Shown: positions 1 through 12,690, counted from the stretch's first letter. The stretch is DNA of 64,000 nucleotides from Octopus sinensis (GCF_006345805.1 NC_043006.1:62124001-62188000), one strand, 5' to 3'. Notes: a model not told the origin generated them from the sequence alone. A program made the numbers and translations.

Positions 1-58
1 TGACTCCCTTGTTTGCACTTGTGTGACCCCGAACACACAAGTGCAAACAAGGGAGTCA
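1..58. repeat. Perfect 25-bp inverted repeat, probable fold-back junction
   Basis: tgactcccttgtttgcacttgtgtg (1..25) is the exact reverse complement of 34..58, with an 8-nt loop. Confidence 0.95.
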
Positions 59-159
59 GAGAAAGGCAGAATGCTACTTATATCTGAACACTACAATAGA
101 AATATTCTTTTAAAAAAACTTTTCTTCTAATTTTTCTAAATTTAATTATTTAATCGTTA

Positions 160-197
160 CAGTTGAAAAGGTCTCAAAATGACCGAAACCGGTACTG
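160..197 (+). ncRNA. Minimal type I hammerhead ribozyme, U3-A8 core variant
   Basis: cag-TTGAAAA-ggtc(tcaaaat)gacc-GAAA-ccgg-TA-ctg: stem I cag/ctg, stem II ggtc/gacc, palindromic ACCGGT stem III. Confidence 0.75.
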
Positions 198-282
198 AAA
201 GATTCACTATAAAATTATCTTAGCATTTTCTATTTTTGACTTGTTTTTACGTATATATCAACTCGTGTGTTCCTTTCCACCC

Positions 283-353
283 TTATATATATATTATATA
301 TATTATATATATACATATATGTATAATATTTTCAGTGAAGTATATATACATGC

Positions 354-421
<68 letters not shown>

Positions 422-436
422 TTATATATATATATA
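283..436. repeat. Interrupted (TA)n microsatellite
   Basis: Direct reading. Confidence 0.95.
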
Positions 437-654
437 ATTATGTGAAATAGAAAGATGAATAATCTTGTAGTAGATTAATCAAAAGTTTAACCGATACCTT
501 AGTAGCAAAAATCACAGCAGTAAACAGCACGGTTGGAGGTACAACCATCTGGCGTTGCAACCGTGCGTTGGTGCGGATAATTGAAATTAAAACATTATTG
601 GTGAATTGAAGAAATGGAGCTGAACGCAGATTGAACAGAAATCGTTTTATTTCA

Positions 655-734
655 TTCTACACGTGTTTCGAAAGGCACAAATTACCAAAATCCGATTGAA
701 TAATGGGACCATATTGTGTCTTTCTCTTCAGGAA
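655..734 (-). ncRNA. Type I hammerhead ribozyme with intact core, in pLTR
   Basis: ttc-CTGAAGA-gaaagacacaa...ttgtgcctttc-GAAA-cacgtg-TA-gaa. Long stem II, palindromic ACACGTGT stem III, predicted cleavage after GUA (658/657). Confidence 0.85.
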
Positions 735-1409
735 GAAAAAAGGAAATCCGTTGGAAAAACAAACAGAACAGAGGGCGAGCAAAAACAAATCGAACTATGC
801 TCCTAAGAGCCCATGGCGAAACTGATTATCAGTGTATGTTGAGAACCGGTGGCTGAAGAATTCAACGGTCAGGCATCGGTCAATCATGTGGGTGAGGGTG
901 TATAGATGTTCTTTGTGACCGAGATAAAGTTCTGACTATTTAAGGAATATTGGATGTTTTATAAGGGGCGAGAAAAAATCTACTTAGAGACGTGTGTGTG
1001 TGTATACTGTTCTATATATGTGTGTGTTGGCGTAGGGGTAGAAAACATTTTTTGTGTACGTGTGTGCGTTTGATCGTTCGGCTGTCAGTGGCTACTGCCG
1101 TGATAACCGTTGGGTGGCAGAAAAAAAATATATATATATTATGTTTTATGTGTGTGTGTGTTCATCTAAGCCTGCCTTGTCAAGGAAACCCCCCGCTGTG
1201 AAAAAACCAAGCCCCGTTTGTCTTACAGGAGTAATTCCCCTTGCAGTGGTTAATCGTAGATATCTTAAAGGCTATTTCAGAATTTGTTACCAAGGGCTAT
1301 GGGTGCCGGTATTATTTATAAACGCTATTTAAAAGCCAGATAAGTGTAACGCCGCCAATGGGGGCATCGAAAAGCCGACTGTAAGAGCCCGTTTACCATC
1401 CGGCCTCTG

Positions 1410-1700
1410 GCAAACAAAATATGGAAGAGTTCGGAGACACAAAGGTTGCACTGTCTTCTGCCCCTATCAAATGGGAGGGCCACCGACAAAATTGACCATT
1501 CAGCCTATAGCTTAAGTTCGTATCCTTCAGTCGCCATATAGCTTACTGAGTCCCGTGGTCTGGCGCTTGTTCACGTCCCGAAAAGTTGCGTAATGGTTGG
1601 AGACACGCAAAGACAATCTTGAGGATGAGGCCCCTACATAAGTGAAGACATCTGAGTCCGTGTAAACCTTGCATTGGTAGACGGCGTTTTTGATCTTGGA
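1410..1700 (-). pseudogene. PLE GIY-YIG endonuclease remnant (frameshifted)
   Basis: KNAVYQCKV..TYVGASS..RVSNHYATF..LSK..W.LK..WSIL..A.PF..CNLC pattern. Confidence 0.85.
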
Positions 1701-2119
1701 GTTCGCCGACGTGAATCTTAATCTGCTAGGATTAGTTTCTGAAATTAGAACTGCGTTCCTGTCACTATATTCGTTCCGAGACTGCAGCCGCTTACTACTC
1801 TATTTTCCACTACGTCACTATTAACTATAGGAATAACCCCTGATTCTCCACTATCTATCAGAGTGCTGTCATTGCTACTGCCCGTGGTGCTGCTATTGCG
1901 GGAAATGATGCTGGGGATGCTATTGGGGCTCTCTACCCTACTCCCATTGTTACCGTCAACCACAACACCCCTATTTATAACTATACCCCTAGTGGGTACT
2001 CCCTGGCTGGAGCTGAGATTATGTGTCACTGTACTGGCTCTCATATCATTATTACTACTATAATTATTCCTACTGAGCATTAGACCGGGAGCGGAAGAGG
2101 CTGTGCCTCCGGAAAAAGG

Positions 2120-3101
2120 TGATAGGGTCTTAGTAAGTAGCCTATTATTATGGGAGGCGATTATCTGGGCGAGGTTTTAGTGTTGGAGAAAGCTATCCTA
2201 ACTTATGTGAGTTAACCGTGGAGTAATATTTGGAATTTCTGGGGAAGTTATTGGCGATGGCTTGTCTAAACATGAGGGGGAGGTTAGTTCTAATCTGCTT
2301 ACCAAAGGGGATTACAAACCATATATGCTTATTCCTATCAGTGTGATGGGTCGGGACGCCAGCTCTCGCATTCGGGTGGGTGATTCTCGGATGAATAACG
2401 GGTCTTGGGTTAGTGTAAGACCTCCCGGACCGATAATTATCCTTGTTCGCTAATTAAATGCGGGAGCGACTACCACGCATCCGCCGCGCTCCCGTCCTTA
2501 CTTAAAATGTTAATGTTATTATATACGGCCCTATCCTGATGACCGAATGATGGCATCGGAAGGCCGGATCAATTTAAATTGCCTTCTGCCTATAACCGGC
2601 CTTGGATAGTGCGGCGTTATAAAATTCCGCTTTCTGCATAAAAATATCGGCACTGGCGGACAAGCCAGACAATCTTAGAGAGATGTTTTAACCAAATTGT
2701 CTGTTACGGTTTTGGCATGATTTGAGAAGACACTGACATACTTCAAATTAGTGGAAGGCTTATGGTAAGGGCAGTATGAGTCGCTATTAAGGTAGTGTAA
2801 CGTCTAGGAAATTAGCCTTGGTGAGTTCATTATCAAAAACTATACTCATGCCCATTCTATTAAAAAACTAGCTAACCTGCTCTTAGTTTTCTGCACTATT
2901 CTGTTCGTGGTGTTTTGCAGGTAAAACAGACAATCGTCACGATACAGGCCGCCCGCGATCTCCGGGAATTGGTCGGACAATTCGTAGAGAATATATATTC
3001 CGACCAAATCGGCTATCTGCGCACTATCCGAACTACCCATAGGCACATCAAATTCATTGGGAGTATCTTTACGGATCCACAACTTATTATCAAACTTAAT
3101 A
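2120..3101 (-). pseudogene. PLE reverse transcriptase (motifs B', C) and thumb, disrupted
   Basis: FDVPMGSSDSAQIADLVG and GGLYRDDCL in ORF 2846..3169. Downstream FYNAALSKAGY and FPRNSKYY..IIASHN are frameshifted. Confidence 0.9.
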
Positions 3102-3159
3102 AACGCAGTTCTAATTTCAGAAACTAATCCTAGCAGATTAAGATTCACGTCGGCGAACT

Positions 3160-3450
3160 CCAAGATCAAAAACGCCGTCTACCAATGCAAGGTTTACACG
3201 GACTCAGATGTCTTCACTTATGTAGGGGCATCATCCTCAAGATTGTCTTTGCGTGTCTCCAACCATTACGCAACTTTTCGGGACGTGAACAAGCGCCAGA
3301 CCACCACGGACTCAGTAAGCTAATATGGCGACTGAAGGATACGAACTTAAGCTATAGGCTGGAATGGTCAATTTTGTCGGTGGCCCTCCCATTTGATAGG
3401 GGCAGAAGACAGTGCAACCTTGTGCATCCGAACTCTTCCATATTTTGTTT
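3160..3450 (+). pseudogene. Inverted duplicate of the GIY-YIG endonuclease region
   Basis: ORFs 3057..3323 and 3185..3469 together give the EN motifs; reverse complement of 1410..1700. Confidence 0.85.
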
Positions 3451-4136
3451 GCCAGAGGCCGGATGGTAAACGGGTTCTTACAGTCGGCTTTTCGATGCCC
3501 CCATTGGCGGCGTTGCACTTATCTGGCTTTTAAATAGCGTTTATAAATAATACCGGCACCCATAGCCCTCGGTAACAAATTCTGAAATAGCCTTTAAGAT
3601 ATCTACGATTAACCACTGCAAGGGGAATTACTCCTGTAAGACAAACGGGGCTTGGTTTTTTCACAGCGGGGGGTTTCCTTGACAAGGCAGGCTTAGATGA
3701 ACACACACACACATAAAACATAATATATATATATTTTGTTTCTTTCTGCCACCCAACGGTTATCACGGCAGTAGCCACTGACAGCCGAACGATCAAACGC
3801 ACACACGTACACAAAAAATGTTTTCTACCCCTACGCCAACACACACATATATAGAACAGTATACACACACACACGTCTCTAAGTAGATTTTTTCTCGCCC
3901 CTTATAAAACATCCAATATTCCTTAAATAGTCAGAACTTTATTCTCGGTCACAAAGAACATCTATACACCCTCACCCACATGATTGACCGATGCCTGACC
4001 CGTTGAATTCTTCAGCCACCGGTTCTCAACATACACTGATAATCAGTTTCGCCATGGGCTCTTAGGAGCATAGTTCGATTTGTTTTTTGCTCCGCCTCTG
4101 TTCTGTTTTTGTTTTTCCAACGGATTTCCTTTTTTC

Positions 4137-4216
4137 TTCCTAAAGAGAAAGACACAATATGGTCCCATTATTCAATCGGATTTTGGTAATTTGTGCCTTT
4201 CGAAACACGTGTAGAA
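4137..4216 (+). ncRNA. Hammerhead ribozyme copy with G5A core mutation (probably inactive)
   Basis: Same as 655..734 except CTAAAGA replaces CTGAAGA (position 4142). Confidence 0.75.
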
Positions 4217-4283
4217 TGAAATAAAACGATTTCTGTTCAATCTGCGTTCAGCTCATTTCTTCAATTCACCAATAAGTTTTATA

Positions 4284-4352
<69 letters not shown>

Positions 4353-4775
4353 CATACATACATACACACACACATACATATATGTATATTTATTGCAATT
4401 TCTGTCAGTCTGTTACCATCATAATGCCTAAACCAACAAACCAATATTCACGAAACCTTGCACACTTGTTACACTAAACACCAGTTCAATAATAGGCTAA
4501 CTGGATTTAAATAAAAATCTAAAATATGCCCTTATAGGGGCGTTTGGCGAATCATATGGTAAAATAAGGAGGTTGAAAAAAAAACAGCGGTGGGAACGGG
4601 ATGGTAACTTTTCTACAGCTGACATATATACGCAACGCTATATTCATACTCTCGTAAATACATAGATACAACACACACAGATAAAGGTGTGAGGAATACG
4701 TAATTTTAAGGAGAGAGTGTGTATGTGGCTTTTCCGCTGCCCACCACAAAGAAACACACACAGACAAAGACATAC

Positions 4776-4806
<31 letters not shown>

Positions 4807-5630
4807 CACAAACGTAAGTACGTAAATACATACATGTCTACTACACATTTTAAATTCATGAATACCGGCGTGTAAGATTGTAACTGTGTTTGTGTGTGTA
4901 TATTATATCCTATAATTGTCTGTCTCTCTACTGTGTAGGGTCTTCCCCATCGCTGTCACATATTGTGAGATATTAAAATTACGTAAAAATTTCCAAATTT
5001 GGCCTAGTGAAATAATTTTGCACGTTAAATCCGATTTTAGTATTTATTTGTTCCAAAAAGTTTGCAGTGAAATGTTACTGAGATTTGAAATGTAATCAAT
5101 TTTACTAAATAGAAACCAGGATTTGGAAGCTGGCATTATCTGCATGATAGCTGTCTATCACGAAATGAAAGCAAAATTATTTGGAGGATGAATTTTTATT
5201 ACAGAAATGAAAACAAAGCATTACGTTGACCAAAGTTGTAAAAACCTTCCTCAGCAAAGCTTTTTTGCAAAACATTGCACAAATTCCGTCTGTCGGGGAA
5301 AACATGTTCTGCCATGGAATGAATAAAGAATTATATAAACCATGCTATTTTTTAAAAATTGCCTGATACCCACGAGCAATTCATGAGATATATATATATA
5401 TATATCCTTCAGTGAAATATTGATTTCTGTAACTGTCAAAAACCTATGTCCTCATATCAATTAGCAAATTAATAAAACAGACTTAAGTTAGGTGAATGCA
5501 TATTTCACGTACCTAATGGTTTTTGTAGTATCTAATAAGAAATAGGCTAGATCATCGAGCTGAAACTACTCAAGTACATTTTGCAAAGTTCTTTAAGAAA
5601 ATAATTTGCACAATTTAAATTATTTATACT

Positions 5631-5770
5631 GGAGTCAAATTCCGCGGAGATCGACTTTTCCTTTAATCTTTTCGGCGTCGATAAATTAAGTACCAGATGG
5701 ATATTGGGGTCGATCTAATCGACTTCACTCACACGTAGAAAACTTCAGGCCTTGTGCCTAAAGCAGAAAA
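5631..5770 (+). mobile_element. tRNA-derived SINE family A, partial
   Basis: gagtcaaattccgcggagatcgactt..gtcgataaattaagtaccag..ggggtcgat is shared with the 31878 and 57537 copies. Confidence 0.8.
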
Positions 5771-5930
5771 ATATTTAATGCGGTTGTTTATTCTCTCTAT
5801 ACGAAGTGTTCGCCTAGTTGTAATTCTACGGTAGTACTATAATATATTAACCACAGAGAGTTTTGTCTGTTTTTATTTTAATTCTAAACTCTTTGAAGCA
5901 ATTTGCATTTTGGATAATGAACATATTCTT

Positions 5931-6095
5931 AGGGCGGTGAGCTGGCAGAATCGCTGGCACGTTGGGCGAAATGTTTTGTAGTATTTCATCTGTCTTTACA
6001 TTCTTAGTTCAAATTCCGCCGAGGTTGTATTTGCCTTTCGTCCTTTCGGGGTCGATTAAATATATATCGGTTATGCACAGGTGTCGATGCAATCT
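5931..6095 (+). mobile_element. tRNA-derived SINE family A
   Basis: ggcggtgagctggcagaatcg head, gttcaaattcc B-box, cctttcggggtcga core. Confidence 0.85.
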
Positions 6096-6869
6096 ATTCT
6101 TTTTTAAATATCCTCTTGGCTGTCATGCTTGTAATTAACGCGAACATGGGAAGTATGGAATAATGCCATTTAGCCACTAGATCAGGTTCGACCATAATGC
6201 GATGGAACTAAGTAGCGTACATGTTTTTGTTCAAATGATAATAAATATAATTTTGAATATTTATCTTGATTATATAACATGGTAAATCCACATCGCTGTA
6301 CTGCATTTCTATTTATTTTCTATGCTAATGCTAGGAAGGATGCTAATATCACACGAGGATTTGATTCCCGTGTTTGCAATGAGAATATGTGGTGTGTTTT
6401 AAATAGATTGTTGATTTTAGTTGCCGAATCTACACTTATCTGCATGTTTTTATTTCCATCACTTCCAAAGTTTGTATTATTATAGTGGAGTGCAGCAACG
6501 CTTGTTGCTATATTGCTCTAAAATATTTAACTGCGTATATTTCAAATAAGACCATCGTACCCCATTTCTATTTTGAAATGCATTCATCGATGGACAACAA
6601 AATGTTCTTGCTTCATTGTCGGTAGTAATTTCGAAAAGTGATTTTTTAAATATCTCATATTTTGAACACGAAATCAGATTTTAAAGAACGGCAGACCACA
6701 TTGTAAGTACAGAAATAATTTTTTTCAATGGCACAAACACGAAGAGGACTAGTGTTAAAAAATACAAACTAATTAAAACTTATTTGTCATCTCCAAGAAC
6801 AAAGATATCCATTATCAACAGTAAAAATAAATTTCGTATGACCAGCGTCAAATATTGTTTAACCTATAG

Positions 6870-7288
6870 ATCAAACATACTTCGATGATTTAGGGAATGA
6901 TTTATTCACCGGTGAATATCGTTTGGGGTTTGATTTGGTCGATAATTGCCAGCCGGTGTGCACCCTCGCAGTAGAATTGGGTGATAGAGGTATAAACTTG
7001 GAGAATAGATGTATTAACAAACTCCCAGACTTCTTGCACATCAAACCTGTTCTAAGGGAGATGCCTCGGTACATGACATATGTGATATAACTCACAGATA
7101 AAGACGTTAAAGAAAATGGTGTTACATATATTCCCAGTTTGGTTAGAGGGGACGATAAGTGTTCGTATATTTATTATCAGGAAAAGGGTTGAGTATATAG
7201 AATAGCATCGCATTCATTCTTCAAAGCTTAAGTAATATGTCGCCGGTTCCGTGAACTTAAGCTTATATTGAGAGACCAAAATACTTAG
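6870..7288 (+). pseudogene. Possible decayed fibrinogen-related domain (FReD) terminal exon
   Basis: After acceptor cctatag, one frame reads YFDDLGNDLFTGEYRLGFDLV..CTLAVELGD..DDKCSYIYYQEKG*VY..LKLILR, with three internal stops and AATAAA downstream. Confidence 0.35.
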
Positions 7289-9051
7289 ATGAGACCAAAC
7301 AAGAATAAAAAATAATGCATAGTCACACACAAATGTGGCAACAAGTCAGGCAATTAAGAAAAGTGTAAACCAGAATTGTTTCAAAGAGAATTCAAAAGCT
7401 GGATTCATGGATGGAAACACTGCTCTTCTAATAGAGACTGGTTTAGTAGTACATTATAAAAAGGAAGAGCTGCTTTAGAATCATATGAAAGTTAAAGTTG
7501 AGCGATTAACGCCAGTGAATGAAAAGGTTATGTCTATATTTGCTTTATTTTTGAAACTACTTTCGTATAATGTAGTAAATGAAAGATGTTATTTTTTTTC
7601 ATTACTTTCGGAACAAACTTGTTAGAACATTTTATATTCCGACAACTTTTTGTAAAAGATTTCTAACACGAGTAGTTAAGCACACAGGAGCTTTGATAGC
7701 ACTTTATAGCATGGATCTTTGACTTTGGTTCCCTAATAAGTTAGACCACGGACTTCATGTAAACGTATATAAATACTAGTAATTTATTTCTGTATCTAGC
7801 AGACACTAGTTTACAGTTTTCGTTCCATTGACAAGTGTATATTTATTCTCTTAAAAGTGTATATAAATAGTTGATGTCATTTGTCCAGAGTTTAAAAAAT
7901 CCTATGGCGTAATAAACTAACGCCAATGTTTTCACACACACACGACCCACGCACGCAAACACACGCACTCGCGCGCAGACATACATGTATACATACATAA
8001 ATGCAAATTATTGCAATGACTTGGTTACATTAATGGCATTAATAACATGCTTATATGAACTAATGTTTGATAATAGTTGCAACTTGAAATAGAGAACAGA
8101 GATCAAAATATAAGTAACAACAGCAATAAATCACTTCTATCTACATTAGTAACGAAAATAGCATTTTAGTTCAAAGTTATTGATTGGGGAATAAAATGAC
8201 CCGATTCTTAAGTTGGTCAACGTAATTAAGCCATTAGTCTGAGATTCCAAAAGAACAGATCGATAATATTTGACAGTACTAATTGACATGCTCATCTTTA
8301 ACTCTATATATTCAGCTTAACATTTTTCTATTGATTCGGATACCTGAAGTTAACTAACGAAAATAGAAATAATACTGCATTTAAAATATATCAAGAACCG
8401 ATGTACTGAAGGATGAATTTTGCTTACCAGATTATGTAGAGTGTGTTGGTTGATATATAAGTTATATTTTGGAGAAATTTTCCCTGAGTAAATAATAAGA
8501 TAAAAGAGTCAAAGGAAAGTAATAAGAACACAAAGGGTTTTTGAATAAACGAAATATTCCTTTTCAATCGATGCTGTAAATATATAAGGAGTGCACGTTT
8601 ATTATATGTTTGTTGTTTAACTGGCATATTTAGAATTTAGTTTCTTCTTCACGATCAAAATACACTGTGTTTCGGTCAATGACGTGTTCTGATCATGTTC
8701 AGAAAGGAAATACCAGTTAGAATACAGTATCTGCATTTCAGAAATATATTGATTTCCTTCTATTCATATATTTTCCTAAAGGAAAATATAAACATTTATT
8801 TCAGATCCACGCTAGTACTCATGTTTCAAAGAAAGAAACCCATGCAAATATTCTGAAAAAAAAAGAACATTTCAGCATTACTTGAATGAAATATATGCTT
8901 TTGTATAAATTATAGGTACTGCTCAGTCCCCAGAAACGAAAGCCAAGTATATTTCCAGAGACGAAAATATATATACGAAACGTTAAATCTGTAAACGACA
9001 CATTAAAGATCAGTGAGGCATATTTACGTCAAAAATTATGGCAGAAAGCGA

Positions 9052-9175
9052 CTGATAGAATAAGTACTAGGCTTACAAAGAAGTCCTGGGGTCGATTTGT
9101 TCGAGTAAAGGCGGTGCTCCAGCGTGAGCAGAGTTACATGACTAAAACAGGTAAACGAATAAAAGACTTAAAGAA
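9052..9175 (+). mobile_element. SINE family B, 3' part
   Basis: gatagaataagtactaggcttacaaag..ggggtcgatttg..ggcggtgctccagc, reverse complement of the 18077 copy. Confidence 0.8.
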
Positions 9176-11143
9176 TTCATGTGTCGTGTTGTGCCCTATA
9201 AATATTGTTGGTAATGCACTGCGCTGAAACATCGATATTTTTTTTATCGTAGTGTTTTATGGGAAAATAGAAAATCAGTTGAAGCTTACTGCTAACGTTA
9301 TGTGTACCATTAGAAACTACTCCAGACTGAAATGAAAATGCAATAAAGAATGCTATAATATAGTATGAGTGTGTGTATATGTATATATATATATACACAC
9401 AAATAATTTATTCTGAAACGCAGGATAATGCTAATACAATAGCATGGATAGTTTCATTGCTATTGTATTAGCATAACGTTTTCTGAAATCCTGTTTGTTT
9501 AAGACTGTGTGTGCGTGTCTGTGTGCCTGGATGTGTATGTGTCTGTGTCTCAGTATGTGAACATCCATGCTTATGCATATTAGTCTAAACCGGAGTAAAT
9601 TAGCTCGCCTTGATATGAATTCACTAACTGAGCGAACTCTGTTAGCGAACACTGAGTGTAATATGCTATCATACGAGTGTTGCAATAGATTTGATTAGTT
9701 GAAGAATAATATTAACGCTCAAATATTCAAAACTAGATGGTGTAACTGCATGTCTCTCAGACTGGAGGATACAGGCCATCTTTTTCTGGTAATAGAGGCA
9801 TTCAAAATACAGATATACCACTTCAACAACATATGAATGCTACAAGACGTTTCAAAATGTTTGTTCTACATAATTATGTACGCTTGGTGTTTGTGTAATG
9901 AACCTAAGCAATGAAGATTATTCTTCTGAATTTCAAATTACATTTTGCATTAAATATCGGATATGTTTTTACCATACCTATCAAACACTTTTAAAACTAA
10001 CGTAATTGTTTACCGTATATTAAGATAAAAGTATTACTGTTGTGTTGTCAGGTAGTCAGTAGATTCATTTTCATTCATTAATTCATTCAGATATATTAGT
10101 TTACACCAGATATTCACGTTATGCTTTGGTTCAAATAATTATTGTTAACACATAGATCTGTAAATTCCTCCGATATCTTGATGGCCCGTAAATTGTAAAT
10201 ATTTTTGTAAGTAATAATTACCAATATTTCACGTACACCTCATATTTACTTTAATATCTTCTGTAACACCTTGAGTGAGTATTAATGTTTAAAAGTAATT
10301 TTTTACTCATCTAATACCAATAACACTTGATATTTGTAACAGTTACTCATAGAAAATACCCAATAATAACCACATGGTGATACATAAGACATCAAATTTA
10401 TATACATGAATGATCTAACTTCATATGCCACTAACAGTCTACGTTACCAGACTATTTATTTTTCTATCATTTTTTACATCTAACTGCGTATCAATCGTAG
10501 TCAGACTACAAACGGTAGACGTTAATTTCGTATTATTAACTACAAAAATATTGTTACGTAACAAACCTGAAATGTTAAAATAACACATAAAAGTAGTCAA
10601 AATTGACATTTATTTCCCTTCGTTATTTGAATTTTACTATATCAGTATAACATTTTTCTTTTCGTTTATCAATAACGCGAATCAATATATTTTTCAGACG
10701 ATATTAATTACTAAAATATGAAATTGTCTTAAGACTTTAATGATCCATTTGTGAATCTGTTAAAAAAAGAAGGAAAAAACATTCACAGATAATTGTCTGT
10801 AATACGTCTCTTTGAATGCAATTTAGAGTTCGAAAGTTGAAAAAATATCCACAGCAAAAAAGTTTCTTTTGCTAATTCGTCTACTTTTTCAACGTTCATA
10901 GTTTGAATATAAAAGGAAACGTTACATTATACGTTCAAGCAAACTCGTATTCAGAGAAATATGCACAAATATATTCAATAATGTTTTAGAAGCTGCGCTA
11001 GTGTTGTAAACCTTATCGACTGCATATAATCAATGTATGTGTTTTGCATGCTCGCCAGCACGCTGTAGTATATCGCCTAAAAGATGACACTCTCATTATG
11101 CTGGATGTAGCGATATCACTCCATTTCCGGTGGCTTTGTAATA

Positions 11144-11208
11144 TCACGTGCCTGAATCGAACCGGGGACGAATAGCGAAATATCGGTATCTAACACCTCC
11201 AAATGGGA
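11144..11208 (-). pseudogene. tRNA-like relic (tRNA-Glu-like or SINE head)
   Basis: tcccatttgg..gttag..tttcgc..ggttcgattc B-box; cloverleaf pairing is poor. Confidence 0.25.
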
Positions 11209-11494
11209 TCGCACCTCAGATGATAGAACGCCGCGAGGCGACGAACAGACTAAACACAGTATGTGCCATCGATGATGCAAACACGCATATACACAAGCGT
11301 ACACACTCTCACACACACACGCATATATGTGTGTGTACACACTGGTGTTTGTGTTGTAGATATGTGTGTGTGTGTGTATCTATACACTAGCTACAGTAGC
11401 ATCGACCCTTAAGGTTTAGCCACATTTATGTGGAAAATATACTTCACGATGTCCTGCTGCTACTCTTCATGCCTCGCTAACAGATTAATATATA

Positions 11495-11540
<46 letters not shown>

Positions 11541-11678
11541 TATATATATATTTAAAACTATAAAGTAGGGTATCTGAGACATACCACCATGATGAAATAG
11601 CAGTCAAAGCCCTGACCTTAAAACCACCTTAAATGATCATATCGCGCCATGAGAGAAGACAGAGAGACAAAATAAACT

Positions 11679-11725
<47 letters not shown>

Positions 11726-11799
11726 AAACATACATTATATTTACATATACGAACGTTCATACATACATATATATGCACGTATGTGCAAGACCAGATTAA

Positions 11800-12690
11800 A
11801 TTGCCCACCAAACATCTCTAAGCGCGATATGGTCAAAATAAACACCGCAGTGAATACAATTAAGAATTATATAAATTTATAAATAAAGATAATATCGATA
11901 TTTAAATATCGATCTTATCAAGTGGCCAGCATGGGAATGAATACCATACAAAGGTAATAATTAACTAAAACTATAAATTAGGCTGCCCCATGAATATCGG
12001 ATAATGGATTTTGAACAGTGTAACGAAACTGATTGTAGTGATCGTAGTTTTGAGATGATTGTGGTGAAAACAGATACAGTGTTGATGATGACGACGGTCG
12101 AGATCAGTATGAGAGGAGGATAAAATACTATCGGTGTTTATAATGGTGACAGGAGCTGTGTGAACTGTGATGCTGAGATGATTGTGGAAATACTGGTGTT
12201 GATGAAAGTGTTAGTTGTGTGATGGTGGTATTGTAGTGGTTATACTGCTTGTTTTCGAGAAAGTGACTGTGTAATTTTTCCCTCCGCTAAGGACATTATT
12301 TAGTTGCCGGCGTTGGTGTGGGAAATTGAACGATTTTGAGCATACGTGTATATGGATGGAAATGATCTGCTTGGCGGAGGTCTGCAATCTCTGAGTGCTT
12401 TTCTAGTTTTCTCTTTGTTTTCTTCACAAATGCACACGTTCATCCGTATAACGTTTCTCTCAAAGACAGTTAAACCGTCTTCTTTGTTGGATAAATTGAC
12501 ACCTATCAGTACGTGAGCATGAGCATGCGTTTGCGAGCCATGTGTATATGGCAGGGCATGTGTGTACGAGCGTACGTGTCTGTGTTTGCGTGTACTTGAG
12601 TGTGTGAGTGTCTGTCTGTGTCTCAGTGTGTTATTAGGTATGTGTTTGTTTGTATGTATGCGTTTGCATTCATATGTGTGTGAGTTCCTG
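11800..12690 (-). mobile_element. PLE 3' UTR fragment
   Basis: 12415..12640 is an inverted homologue of about 26270..26550, which lies downstream of the PLE ORF remnant at 24990..26080. Confidence 0.6.

Larger units (their letters stand above)
1..250 (+). mobile_element. PLE 3' end (pLTR) fragment with HHR and 5' inversion, ending just before (TA)n
   Basis: 25..245 is the reverse complement of about 37935..38165. It contains an HHR at 160..197 and begins with a perfect hairpin at 1..58. Confidence 0.75.
440..4281 (-). mobile_element. 5'-truncated Penelope-like retroelement (Hydra-clade-like) with inverted pLTR, flanked by (TA)n on both sides
   Basis: Minus-strand RT, thumb, GIY-YIG and 3' UTR. 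588..1757 and 3102..4281 are near-identical inverted repeats of about 1.17 kb, each with an HHR motif. Confidence 0.9.

Noticed and set aside
992-1332. ORFs duplicated at 3530..3874 that look like a conserved gene pair
   Set aside because: They are antisense readings of the PLE 3' UTR, duplicated by the inverted pLTR.
8951-8988. attt-CCAGAGA..GAAAcgTTaaat hammerhead-like string
   Set aside because: Three core mismatches, no stem II and no PLE context.
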